A DNA stretch of 64,000 nucleotides from Callorhinchus milii (GCF_018977255.1 NW_024704742.1:7194001-7258000), one strand, 5' to 3'. Positions 49,840-62,170 are shown, counted from the first letter of the stretch. Notes: a model not told the origin generated them from the sequence alone. Translations and numbers: made by a program.

Positions 49840-50447
49840 GTCTTGGCTAACGCTCCATTGCGGTGCTGGGAGAGTGTTGCATTGCCGGAGGTAGTTCATT
49901 TCATGGCTTATGGGGAACATCGCTGTGCGTAAATTGGCTGGCCTGTTTGCGTACAAATACACTACATTCTGCAGAGAATCCTGTGAAGCATTTTGAGACA
50001 TTTCCACAATGGCATAAGGAGTTATATCAAACGTAGGGTTTGTTTCTACTGTTATCCGTGCACCAGTCTCTCTGACCGTCTGTTAATCTGTAAATAGAGG
50101 ATGATTAATAGGGATTGGGAGGGAGGGAAGCAAGATCATTTTATGTTGACGCTTATCAGAGTGTATTATTGGGCACTGTAATTACAGAACCTTGAGTTCA
50201 TTCCCATCTGTTGTTTTTTTTGGAACAGCTTAAAGGAGACAATGTGTTTAAACACCAGCCAATTCTTTCACCACCATAGGATGAAACGTACTAATTTATA
50301 TGCATCACCACAGGATTATTGCCTACGATGTGCGTCTTTGTGACTTACCCCATGCAATTTCAAACCCGGCCAGGGCTGTGTAAACAATATATTTGTGGTT
50401 CAAACGTAGAGAAAAACACAAACGATGACAACCAAGTACTGCAGCAA

Positions 50448-50968
50448 TAAATAATAATAATCCTTGCATTTGATATAGAGTCTTATCACGTCTTCGAGAT
50501 ATCTCAAAGGGGTTCACAGAATATACTGTAAAGTGAATATATATATTTATATATATATATTTTTATATATATAATTGACTGTATATTTTAGAGGCGAAAC
50601 GCAGCAGCCAATTGCGCACAACAGTATCCCACAAACAATCGTGGATTGAGTGACCAAATTATTATTATTATTATTTTATCTGGAAAGGATTATTATCCCT
50701 GGAAAAGCGACCGCCAATCGACTAATAACTGGATTCCCATTTACTGTGGAGTCCTGCAGCTCAGTGATTAGAGCACTCACCTCGCAAATGACAGACCCGG
50801 GTTTAATTCCCGAGCAGGGCAAAATGTTGGGCAAGTTTCCTTACTCCACACGCCTCTGTTTACCTCACAGTAAGTAGGAACTCGGTTGTTAGTCGATCGG
50901 CAGTTCGCTTTTCCGGGGCTAATAATTCCTTCACAAAAATAATAAATTGGTCACTTCAATCCACGACT
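50448..50968. mobile_element. Divergent pair of long-subfamily SINEs (- 50448-50745 with a (TA)n insert; + 50745-50968, 3'-truncated)
   Basis: ggaaaagcgaccgccaatcgactaataact versus ggttgttagtcgatcggcagttcgcttttcc. Confidence 0.88.
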
Positions 50969-52309
50969 CTGTGACCTCCTAACACCCTACCATCCTGCCC
51001 GCTCCCTCCACTCAGCGGGCTCTGGCCTGCCTCGCGTTGACGGGCGGGCCTTCTGCCACTCTGCCCCCACCCTCTGGAACTCCATCTTCCACATAAGCAA
51101 TGTATTGTAAGAAGGTATCAATTGAGTAGCTGTGCCTCAAATGCCTTAATTACACAATTATTGTTTGTGAACAACAATAAATATGGATATATAAATATAA
51201 ACTTATTGCTTTGTGAATTTTGCTCATTAAAATTTATAGCGCATTTCAATTTACCCCCACGCTGGCGCTTGCTTATTAAATTTAATAATCCCTTGCATTT
51301 GATATAGCACCTCATCACGTCATCGAAACTCTCACAGGATTTTATTTTCAAGTATAATGATTATATATTTTCCAACAGCAAATTTGTGTCCAACAACCAA
51401 TTTTATTTAGGGGCTGGTTCGTCAGATGCCAGGATTATTACTATAAGGGCAGTGTATTTGCGGTCTCCCATTTGTCCACACCGGACTAGATTCCTGAGCA
51501 AGAGAGAAAAATCAGCAGCTGACTTACCAGGCAACGATTTTACGAATGGCTAATTCAAGAGCACAAGGAATGATCCTCTAGCTGGAGGCTAGGAAACAAA
51601 ATTGAAAAACAATGGGAGGGAAACTGTAATAACAGCAATGGGCTCTAATTTACAAGGTTAGCAGAAGGATTTGCAGTTTTCAGATCCCGTTCAATACAAT
51701 GAATTGCCAATGAATGCGTATTTTAATGAACTTGGATCAGAAATTGGTGTAAGGTAGGATTCTTAGGACGGTGCATTCGGATCTATAAGGTCCACCTCAA
51801 CCACAAGAAGAAACAGACCAAACATCGGCACATTGGCTCGTTCAAAGGACAGCACTTCCAATAATGTAGTGCTCCATTCGTATTTTACTGGAGTGTCTTT
51901 TTAGATTATGAGCTCAAATCCTGACGAAGGGCTTGAAAGCACCCAAAGCAAAAGTGTTTCCTTCTGAGCCAAACTCACACAGACATTCACCACAACATTG
52001 TAACCTGAAACACACCAACAGTGCAGTGAAAATAATAAGTGGCTCCTTTCCCTGAAGAAAAAAAAGTTTGACAAACATTGATGGTGAAGTATATATGTGT
52101 GCGAGAGAAATATTACAGTATGATGTTTGACAAAACATTGTAGAATCTCGATTTGGTCAAAGTGTCTGCTGCACAATGTTTCACTTATGAAACAGTTCTG
52201 CTTTCTAACCGTCAGTAAGATTTAACATTGCAAGTGAAATAACTCCCTATCCCCCACCCCGCCCAACCCACCCAAAAAAACAGATGTATTTCTGGAGGGA
52301 ATTTTCGAA

Positions 52310-52590
52310 AATTCTAAATGAATTGTCAATGAAATAATAGACAAAAGAAACATTCAAAAACAATACACTCTTTTATTACTTAATGCAGCTTTCAGTTTGT
52401 TTCCGGTTGTAATGCAGTTGCTTAGGCACAGAAAACAGTTGCATATGCAAGCAGTCTGCTGGTATCAAGAAGGCCTTCATCAATACTGAACCAGCAATGA
52501 ATGTCAGCGCTGTATCAGACACGGTAAATTAAATAATGACAGAGACGTGACATGAAGAAAATATTTAAATAGGAATAAAATTATCCCATT
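52310..52590. promoter_or_regulatory. Candidate conserved non-coding element
   Basis: Repeat-free; palindrome TTGCATATGCAA (52439-52450) and gtaaattaaataatgacag (TAAT plus TGACAG). Confidence 0.3.
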
Positions 52591-52797
52591 AATAATAATA
52601 ATCCTTACATTTGAATTAGCGCTTTATAATAATAATAATAATCCTTGAATTTGATATAGCGCTTTTCACGTCGGGAGGACGTCCCAAAGCGCTTCACAGA
52701 ACACACTGTAAAGTGAATTGACTGTATATTTTGTGGGCGAAACCAGGCAGCCAATTACGCACAGCAGCGTCCCACAAACACTCGTGGGTTGAGTGAT
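52590..52797 (-). mobile_element. Young SINE 3' part with a partly duplicated tail
   Basis: Two consecutive (TAA)n-tccttNNatttga tail starts; short-subfamily tail. Confidence 0.88.
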
Positions 52798-53994
52798 ATT
52801 AATTATGTTTTTTTACACAATTTCTCTCTTTTGATTCTAGTATATTGCAAAACATTTGTTTGTTAAGTGGAGCACTCAGTGGTCCCAAATCTACAGGGAT
52901 TTTCACATTTAAAAGGAAGCTGAGCTTCAGGCTGAAAAATTGCAAACCCCAGCAAACTGTTAGTATTCTATCTTTGTCGTGCTGTTTTGACATGTTTGTC
53001 CTGCCTGGCAGTCGCCAGCATTGCAATGGAACCCGAGTTAGATTCTGATTTCAATGGCAGTGTGTGTTGGGCAAACTATCCAGACAGAGACAGAGCAGAG
53101 CGTAAGAGGAAGAACACAAGGAGAGAGAAATCATAAGTGAATGAGTGAAACAAACAGAGGAAAGGAGGGGGGGGGAGGGAGGAAGGGAGGGATGGATAGA
53201 TAGCGCTGAGAGGCAGCAAGCAGCTGCATTTAGAAAAGACAGGATTCATTGGGCATACTTTCCAGGAAAGATAAAAGGAACTGTAGCAAAATGACAGAGA
53301 CCGAAAAATTCAATGCAGAAACAGAGAAAGAGAAAAGGAAAGTTACAGCAATTATATATAACATACCATCTCCCCTGCGTATTTTTCCCCTGGCGATTTC
53401 CCTGTATACGCATACCTTGGATTAAATATCTTAACACGTTAATTGTTTCCATACTTTTGGTATATTCTCACTTGAATGTGCGCACAGGGGATTGTACAGG
53501 AAGGAACAGAGCCCCATCAAAGTGGTTCATTTTGCTTGAGAAGGAATGAGTCAGAGAAGCTGAGATCTACACCTCATTCCAAGTTCACGGCATCGAACAG
53601 CGTCACTTCACATCAGTGCTGTGACAGTACAATTCATTTTAAGCACTAAAATAGCAGCAGACATAAACTAAACTGCGTGAGACAGAATTGGTTATGATAA
53701 ATGCTTCTGTGCGAGCGAGCAAGCGAGTGACCGAGCCGGCTGGCTGGCCTGTTCGTGCACTGGGGGTATAGCCTTTCGTGAGTTAATAGGCAGCAGCACT
53801 TGTGGAAACATTTATTATGACTGCCCTCCCGCCCAGCATATATTCCTCTTCGCACTTCATGTGTGGCCTGAATGTTAAGCTACAGAAAGACTGAAACATG
53901 GGTGACATTTCAGAACAGAATTAATGTGACGGGTTAAATCTGTTATGAAACGTTACAAATCACACCCCGTGTTTTAATGTTATTTATCTTACCG

Positions 53995-55005
53995 TCCTGC
54001 CCGTAACACCAGGAATGCCCTTGTCAAGGTCACCAGGGACATTCTCTCCATGTGCAACCAAGGCTCGCTTGTCTCTTTGACCTCTCTGTCACGTTCATAA
54101 AACCATCGGCCACTCCAACCTTCCCCGCTATCCCTCCTCCACTTTTAACTGTTTTGCCGTCTTCATTTCGGAAAAACTATAGCGTATGGGGAATGGGCAG
54201 GTAAACAGCAGGTGGGTCCGCAGTATTCCAGATCACTGCTGTTGACAGCACAGCCCAGCCTGGCTCATCAGCAGGACTTGAAAGGGCAGACCAGGCACTA
54301 GGGGCAGGAAGTCATCGCACTCGGCTCCTGTTAACCCTGCAAGCCAAAGCCCTAACAGGTTGGGTGGTCCTAGCTGGTCAAGCAGCGGGAAAGCTTGCCA
54401 AACAACAATATCAATGACAAGCTATGTGGTTTTAGCTGGTTAGACTCCAGCAGTTACCCCAACACACACTCTGGAATCCCCAAGCCTTGGCTCTTGCCAA
54501 CCTGCACCTAATACTTTTCAGAATTAGGTAAACAGGATGCGTTCCTCCAGGGAGAGTGCGCATTCTATTCCAACCATCTATCTCTGGGATTTCCATGTGT
54601 AGGTGGGATGCATGGAAATCTCAGCTTGGTTTGGCTATTCTTAAGCAACGGTGATGGGTTTTCGCATGTGTCAGACACCCGGCTGACCAGAAAACAAGTA
54701 AGTGGCGCTGAAATGATTGCTCTTAAAAATGCCAACACAGACACGGTTGGTTGAAGGGCCTTCTTTTGTGTTGTAAATTTCCACGATCTACAGTCTCTTC
54801 CACCGGCTGCTCCTCCTGCCCCCACACAGTCACACACAGTGTCCCTCAGGGCACTCTCCTTGTTCCTCTTCACTTCACCATCTATATACTCTCATTTAGT
54901 GGCATCACCCAAATGCATGGCATACACTTCCACATGTACACAGATGTCTCACAGCTCTATTTCCCTGCTTCTATTGCAGATGTAGATGTAGTGCTCTCAG
55001 GCTGA
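53995..55005 (+). pseudogene. Degraded L2 RT relic in two parts (53995-54160, 54770-55005) split by the structured repeat
   Basis: NALVKVTRDIL..FDLS (cf. ETALVKVTNDIL..LDLSAAFD), and SVPQGTLLVPLHFTIY..HGIHFHMYTDVSQLY (cf. GVPQGSVLGP..YADDTQLY). Confidence 0.7.
54208..54726 (+). repeat. Unclassified structured interspersed repeat, copy 2 (longest)
   Basis: Homologous to 38274-38690 and to the reverse complement of 58029-58285; contains multiple stem-loops. Confidence 0.85.
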
Positions 55006-55074
55006 GATGCACTGTTACAAAATCCCTGGAATGCCAGTCTACACGCCTGAGCTTCTGCCTTTAACGATGTCTTG

Positions 55075-55560
55075 ACAGATTCATAATTATATGCAGGTTT
55101 TGTCATTTACGATATCACATTAATTAATATTATATATGCATGTCACAAATGCACAAATGTTTGCTTAACCTCATATCAATGCTTTGCATTTATGTAACAC
55201 AAGTGTGCAGTGATTGCTCTCTGATTCTAGTATTTGTCGTCATTTGCCGTTTGATCTGCAATGATTTGCATGCCACTTTCATTACCCTGTTAGCCCTGAT
55301 TTGCTTGACTGCATCAATCAATTTAATCTGATGCCAATGATAAAGCTTTTGCTTGTGCAGCTTCATCTATAATTCTAATAAAGCCTGCGCTGCCATGTAT
55401 GAATATATTCAACTTTTAATTCAATAAAATTGATTATTGTACCTAACACTGCTGACTGACTTTGTGCTGAATTGCCCACTGCACATTTATACTGCCGCAG
55501 CATGTAATATAATATGATAAAAATAGCACGTCATTCTCTTCTGTCATAAAACATTCAGAA
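55075..55560. promoter_or_regulatory. Strong candidate conserved non-coding element or developmental enhancer
   Basis: AT-rich, repeat-free and dense in motifs: ATTAATTAAT (55119-55128), octamer ATTTGCAT (55264-55271), ATCAATCA (55313-55320), CTGTCATAAAA (55541-55551). Confidence 0.45.
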
Positions 55561-55689
55561 GTACAACTTGCTGCTGGGCCAAATCTCCATCTGAACTCAG
55601 CAAAACTACCTGTGAACATCTGTATAATACCCTACATCCTCCCGAAGTAAATAAATACAATCTGTTATTGTTGCTGTTATTAGGTCCTG

Positions 55690-56025
55690 TTGTCAGCCTA
55701 CCTCAGAGTCAGAATGTTATTGATTCAAGCCACACTTCAGGACTTTGAATTCGCAATCTAGACTCCAGTCCAATGCTATATTCGGAGAGTGTTGTATTGT
55801 TGGAGGCGAGAAGTTCTGCCTCCTGCCTCTTAGGTTAAGAATCCATTGGCACTATTCAACAAGATAAGGGCGTTTCTCCCAGAGTCCTGACCAACAATCT
55901 CTCATATAAAATTGGTCACTCACTTCAAGCTGTTTGTCACTCCATTTTACAGTAAATCCTGAGAAGCACTTTGAGGCATTGACAACATAAGGCGCTACAT
56001 CCAATGCCAGGATTATTATCATTAT
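55690..56025 (+). mobile_element. Older Deu-domain SINE
   Basis: cctcagagtcagaatgttattgattcaagcc...aatccattggcactattcaacaagataagggcgtttctcccagagtcctgaccaac, plus a tail. Confidence 0.75.
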
Positions 56026-56252
56026 ATAATGTTGTCAAGGAAGATTACTGAGCATTGGCGACTGCTCTGTTTCTATTGCGTGACATGCAATAGATTAAAT
56101 TAAATTAAAGGAAGCAAATAATATTGACATGACTTCATAGGCAACGGATGGCTAGGGTTCGTCTATAAAGACATTTAATAATAATCCATACATTTGATAT
56201 AGCGCCTTTTTATATCTTCGAAATGGCTCAAAGTGCTTCACAGAATAAAATG

Positions 56253-56557
56253 CAAAATACTGCAGATGCTGAAAATCTGAAACAAAAAGAGAAGTCGCTG
56301 GGAACACTCAGCAGGTCAGGCAGCATCTATGGAGAAAGGAAAGGGAGTCAACGTTTCGGTTCCACGTTTTTGGTGCCTGTCCTGAAATTGTCCCTTTGCA
56401 ATTCTAAACCTACATCCACCTGTCTTCTAAAACAAAACAGAAGTCACTGTGAACACTCAGCAGGTCCTTTCCTTTCTCGGTAGATGCTGCCTGACCTGCT
56501 GAGTGTTCCCAGCGACTTCTGTTTTTGTTTCAGATTTCCAGCATCTACGGTACTTTG
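56253..56557. mobile_element. Fold-back element with 92-bp inverted arms, probably Penelope-like (PLE) termini
   Basis: Arms 56253-56344 and 56466-56557 differ at about 7 positions. A third partial copy lies at 56429-56466. The motif agatgctgcctgacctgctgag is recalled from shark PLE-related repeats. Confidence 0.7.
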
Positions 56558-57059
56558 TGTTTTTTTTTCCACTTGTCTTCTGACTTGGTGCATCCTATAG
56601 TTCCTATTGTTCTGAGTTTGCTATTTCAATGCCTTTCAAAACGTTATACCCAATCATTTTTTTTAATGCAACTGGATGTTGAAGACAAACAGTCTGATGT
56701 GTCACATTTCCAAAGATCAGCATTTATTTCATTGGAGTAGTTTTCTATGGTGATAATAATCAGCAGATTCTCAGAAGTTTAGCAAAATGCTTGTGTTTTT
56801 TTAAAAAAAGGAAGAAGTATTTGCTGTAATTAACTGGAAGCAGTACTGAGTAATACTGTCTGGCTCATTACTGTAACTGTTCAGACATTTGGGATTTGCT
56901 GTGTAGGCAAACTGTTTGACAGATTTTTATTGTACCTTGTTTTAAATCCATTTCAGGCCCCAAAGGTCAGAAATATGCTTAGAATTATACATAGAAAGAA
57001 GATCCAAGCAGATGTAATGATGGCTAATTTCACAAGATTTTCCTTCAAAAATGTACAAT

Positions 57060-57418
57060 TATTATAATAATAATAGCATTGGATATAGCATCTTATCACG
57101 TTTGAGGTATCTCAAAGTGCTTCACAGAATGTAAAGTGAATTGGCAGTACATTTTGTGTGCAAAATGCAGCAGCCAATTGCACGCAGCAGTGTCCCACAA
57201 ACAGTCGTGGATTGAGTGATCAAATTGTTTATTTATTGGAAGGGATTATTATCACTGGAAAAGTGATCCGCCAATCGACTAATAACCGGGTTCCTACTTA
57301 CTGCTTGGTAAACCCGTGCAAGGAAACTTGCCCAACGTTTTTGTCTTGCCCCGGAATTGAACCCAGGTCCTCTTGCTTGGGAGACGAGTGCTCTAACCGC
57401 TGAGCTACAGGACTCCAC
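57060..57418 (-). mobile_element. Young SINE, full length, long subfamily
   Basis: Head, internal segment, Deu core and tail. Confidence 0.9.
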
Positions 57419-57664
57419 AATACAGCACAGAGCATCCTTAACAACACGTGACATATAGTGGCTGAGGAATACATAAAGGAAGTAGTATAGAAAATTCCAG
57501 AGATGTCTCACATAAACAGCATTATCCCAATAACTGAAAGTCCCTTAATGTCAAAATATAGTTCAGCACTGCTTTTTCAGTCTTCTCCAAGTGGGACATT
57601 GGGTCACTTGGCAATTTGCCTCACGTATTGATGAATTTATACTAGTGATGATCCTTAGCCCTCT

Positions 57665-57981
57665 TAATAATAATCCTTGCATTTGATATAGCGCTTTTCA
57701 TGTCGGGAGGACGTCCCAAAGCGCTTCACAGAACACACTGTAAAGTGAATTGACTGTATATATTTGTGGGTGAACGCGGCAGCCAATTGCGCACAGCAAT
57801 GTCCCACAAACAGTCATAGATTGAAAATGACCAATTTATTATTGTTTTGGGTTTTGGAGGGATTATTATTAGACGTGTGGAATAAGGAAACTTGCCCAAG
57901 GTTTCGCCCTCTGCCTGGAATTGAACTCAGGTCTCTCGCTTGCAAAGCGAGTGCTCTAACCACTGAGCTATAGGACTCCAC
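57665..57981 (-). mobile_element. Young SINE, full length, short subfamily
   Basis: Nearly identical to 37558-37881. Confidence 0.93.
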
Positions 57982-58028
57982 TGTTTGCCACTGTTTATTC
58001 TTCAGACTGAACACGCACAACAAATCAG

Positions 58029-58285
58029 TCTTAAGAATAAAAGCGCCTAGCAAAGGTTTTTTTTTTGATCAGCCGGGTGTCAGACGCGTGCATAAACCCA
58101 TCGTCATGCTTAAGAGTATCGAAACTAAGCTGAGATTTCCGTGCAACCCACCTACACATGGAAATCCCAGAGATAGATTGTTGGAATGGAATCCGCACTC
58201 CTCTCTCTGGAGGGACACATCCTGCATACCTAATCCCCGAAAGTATTAGGAGCAGGTTGTCAAGAGCCAAGGCTTGGGGTTCCTG
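58029..58285 (-). repeat. Unclassified structured interspersed repeat, copy 3 (3' half)
   Basis: The reverse complement ccccaagccttggctcttg.caacctgc.cctaatac...ctgggatttccatgtgtaggtggg...gacacccggctgatc(A)10 matches 54473-54726. Confidence 0.85.
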
Positions 58286-59474
58286 TGTCTCATGCAGGGA
58301 ATGTAAATCGGTCAAGCCAACTCACCAGATCTCAGCTCAGACACTTGAAATAGGGGTCTCATCACTCAACACACTGTACAGGTTTTCCTGGCAAAGACTC
58401 TGTTTATTGTGGTGCATTTCCTCCATCAGGGCTCCTATCACCTCTCTGAGCGCATATTCGCCTAAAACCATTGACACCGCCCAATATCTGCCAAGGTATC
58501 TGGTAGCTGGTCACAAACCTCAGCATTGATGATCACAAGTAGCTGTATTTTGTCCAAACAGTGGGGGATAAACGACAAACATGATGTCAAAGGTAATTAG
58601 ATTGTTAGTTTTCGATGCACCAAAAACTGCCACACATAACCAGATCAGTATGACCGTTGGAGTTCATGCTCATCTATGGAGCACCACACCATTTGAAAAT
58701 GATACAGGATATCTGGAGAATGCCAAATATTCAGTTCCTCTTTCCTTGGCTTCACCATTTGGAGTTGAGCCATGATCTAATAAAATGGTGGAACAGGCTT
58801 GAGGCCCTAGATGGCATACTCCTGTTTCTGATGACCTTCTTCAGAGTATGCAGTAAGCAGAGAGCAAGCGAACTGAACTGCAATGAACATTACATTTATG
58901 TACATGAGTGAAACGCAAAATGCTAGGTGCTTTCACACCATGTTTATAGAATCACTAGCTGCTTGCAGATGCAGTCAGGGGAGGAGAAAGGAGTGATAGC
59001 TTGTATTACAGTTGGTGCAAGCAGCAGATTTCAATTCCGAGCCACTCCAATTCAGCAATAGTTGATTTAGGAATGTGAGCAAAGCCAGAAAATGATAAAA
59101 TAGCAATACTGAGCATTTGACTGGGATGGAGGAGTGAGGAATTGCTGGTACTTGTAAGTGATCACTTGAGCTGAGGGTGGAAGTTGGGAGACGGTTAACA
59201 AAAAAAGGAATTAGCACTTCACCCATAGATCATTCTGGACGTCTATCAGAATGGACCAGTTACAGTGTTAAGTCTAGACAGCACGTTCGAGATAAGAGAT
59301 TCACATGACATTTCCCAGCCTCAGGTTTGAAGGATGAACTTGCAGAAGAACCGGTGAACCAAATCGAAAGTGAAGAAGGTGGCAGAGAAAAAAAATTAGC
59401 TGATTTTTCTTAAATGAGGATCTTGCAAGAGAACACCACAGTTTGGAGAGGTGGACCAAAGCAGTGCATTTTAT

Positions 59475-59640
59475 CATAATAATAATAATCCTTACATTTG
59501 ATATAGCACTTTATCAGGTCTTCAAGAAGTCTCGAAGCGCTTTGCAGCATATACTGTAAAAGGGAATGTTGTGGGCAAAACACAGCAGCAAATTGCGCAC
59601 AGTAGTGTCCACAAACAGTTGTGGATCCATTATTTTTTGA
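59475..59640 (-). mobile_element. Young SINE 3' part
   Basis: Tail and Deu core in reverse complement. Confidence 0.85.
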
Positions 59641-60202
59641 ATCTATTAATCACACCTCTATTCATTTAACAACAGCAGCAATCTTGAATTTATTTAGCGT
59701 CCTTCATGTGGGGTAGCGTCCAGGAGAGTTTCAATTCATTTACAAATGAGAGGCGAAGGGATTAGCAGAGGGTTTGGAGAAGAGGAATATCACGGGTGCT
59801 TTGCTGTATTGGACACCGTTGAGTTCTATGCTGATTTCAGACAAAAGGCCGCTTTAAAAGATGGCTTGCATTGTCTAATCTTCTAAATACAGTTCTAGAC
59901 AGAGTGAAAGATGCTTTATATTAGTCAAAAAGAACTGAAGCTGCAATCAGCAATTCGACTGAGTTATAAAATGAATAAAGCACTGACAACAGAGAAGATT
60001 GTATTAGAGATTGAGAACCAACCTGAACCCATATTGAGAAAAATAAATTTCTTTGCAATGCAGAGAGCAACACTCAAGGAAATTCACTCAGGAACTTTGA
60101 AAGGACAGGTTTCAGAGGAGCAACATGATAATTGAACACAGAATGGATTGTGTCAGGTTCTGGAGATAAAACCAATCTACCAATCCTGGCACCTGTCTTG
60201 CG

Positions 60203-60390
60203 ATAATAATAATAATAATCCTTGCATTTGATATAACGCCTGATCATGTCTTTGAGACATCTCAAAGCGCTTCACAGAATACACTGTAAAATGAATTGAC
60301 TATATATTTTGTGGGCGAAACACAGCAGCCACTTGTGCACAGCAGTGTCCCACAAACAGTCGTGGATTAAGTGACCAATTCATTATTTTT
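60203..60390 (-). mobile_element. Young SINE 3' part
   Basis: Tail and Deu core in reverse complement. Confidence 0.9.
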
Positions 60391-61057
60391 TGCATTAAAC
60401 TTAAGTTGTTTGTGTGTTGGTGCCGGGTGGATGGGGGGTGGAAGTACCCCTGTGTTTTTTTAATATGCAGTTAATATGTAAGACGATATACCATCCACTT
60501 ACCACAACTATACAAAGTGGGCTTCAGTTTTCAAAAGAATCTAGATCAATGGCCGCAATGTGAGTGAGTTAGAGTCTCTCAGCTTTGCTCAGCTTGCTGG
60601 ATCTCTGCTTCCAGTCTTAAGAATCCATCTACTTTTAAATCGGTGTGAACTTGCACGAAGTAGCTTTTTGAAGTTAGTTTGCAGGGCCCATTATAGAAAT
60701 GCATCTGCTAGATAGTTATATATACTGTATCAAGACTCTATACATTTAACTTGACTGATTTCCTGCAGGGAGACCAGTGCTTGACTGAGTTCAAATGATA
60801 GTCTTGGCACAACAGGATTCCTACTGTATAAACAGATATCAGTCACTTTACACAGCCCCCGCCCCCCATTACATGAATAAACAATTAGAACAGCCTTAGA
60901 GAATGTCACTCGTGCCAATGTGCCACCAAAGAAGATTAGATTTGATAACTTGTTTATTCCAAACTATGAAGTAAAAACATGACCCACTCACCTCCTGGCT
61001 ATGCAGAGCAGGGTAATGCGATCCCACTGAGGAATGGAGAGAGACTGAATTAAGGAG

Positions 61058-61192
61058 AAATAATAATAATCCTTGCATTTGATATAGCCCCTTGTCACGT
61101 CTTCGAGACATCTCAAAGCGCTTCACAGAATATCCTGCAAAGTGAATCGACTGTATGTTTTGTGGGTGAAATGCGGCAGCCAATTGCGCACA
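61058..61192 (-). mobile_element. Young SINE 3' part
   Basis: Tail and partial Deu core in reverse complement. Confidence 0.9.
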
Positions 61193-61339
61193 GGAATTAT
61201 AAGCAACAAAAATGGTGCTAATACGTTCTGCAGCACAATCACCAGCAATGCATAATGTAGGTCAAACCAACGTTAACTAACGTTATCAGTTACCGCATCA
61301 GCCTCCCCTACTCTCAACAGCAGAAACACAGTAGCAAAA

Positions 61340-62170
61340 ACAACAATTTGCATTCATATAGCATCCTTCACATAGTTAACATCTCGGAGCACTTTATAAA
61401 GATTGGGTCAGACTCCAAGCAGGGAGATGTGGTGAGAGGGAGGTGACCATAGATTGAAGAGGCAAATTTTAAGGCAGGACTTAAACAGGTAGAGAAGGGG
61501 GGGTTGGTAGGGGAGACGGAGGGGAGGTCCAAAGTCAGGGCTCTTGAAACATAAAATACTTCTAGCATTTTACTTTTAAAAGCAAACTCAAAGCATGAAT
61601 GAAGGGCAATAATTTAATTGGCAGGATCCTGAGTATGCAGTTCAACAAGTTGCATTGAGGTTATGCAGTAAACACTTCCACCTCGCACCAATCTCCCTCA
61701 AAATATACAGTCAATTCACATTGCAGTATATTCTGTGAAGTGCTTTGAGATGTCTCAACGACATGATAAGGCACTATACCAAATGCAAGCATTATAATTA
61801 TTATTTATCTCCACCATTCTCACCTACATGTGTAAACCTGTACTATTTGAATCATCTGAAGCACAGTTGAGGTGGCATTCACAAAACATTTTAAAAGGGA
61901 ATTAGACAGAGTAATGTAGGGTATGGGTACGTAGCTAAGATAGTAAGAATAAATTAGGTGGCTCATGTTGAGAAACTGCAAGCCCAGACTGAGAAACAAA
62001 GAAACCGCCGCAAGATTATGTTTCCCCGACTGGTCAGCATCAAAATCAAAAACTTTTGCCTACAAAATAAACAGTCAATTCACTTTACAGTATATTCCGT
62101 GAAGCGCTTAGGAGATGTCTTGAAGACGTGATAACGCACTATATCGAATGCAAGGATTATTGTTACTATC
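61340..62170. mobile_element. Cluster: L2 3' fragment (-, 61340-61550), SINE tails (+, 61690-61805 and 62055-62168), possible CR1 scrap (about 61830-61990)
   Basis: caacaatttgcattcatatagc...gaggtgaccatag; two cagtcaattcac..cagtatattc.gtgaag tails. Confidence 0.7.

Noticed and set aside
54208..54726. Telomerase RNA, 7SK or RNase P identity for the structured repeat
   Set aside because: The size is compatible with telomerase RNA, but there is no CTAACCCTAA template, pseudoknot or CR4/5 motif, and I recognised no 7SK or RNase P signature.
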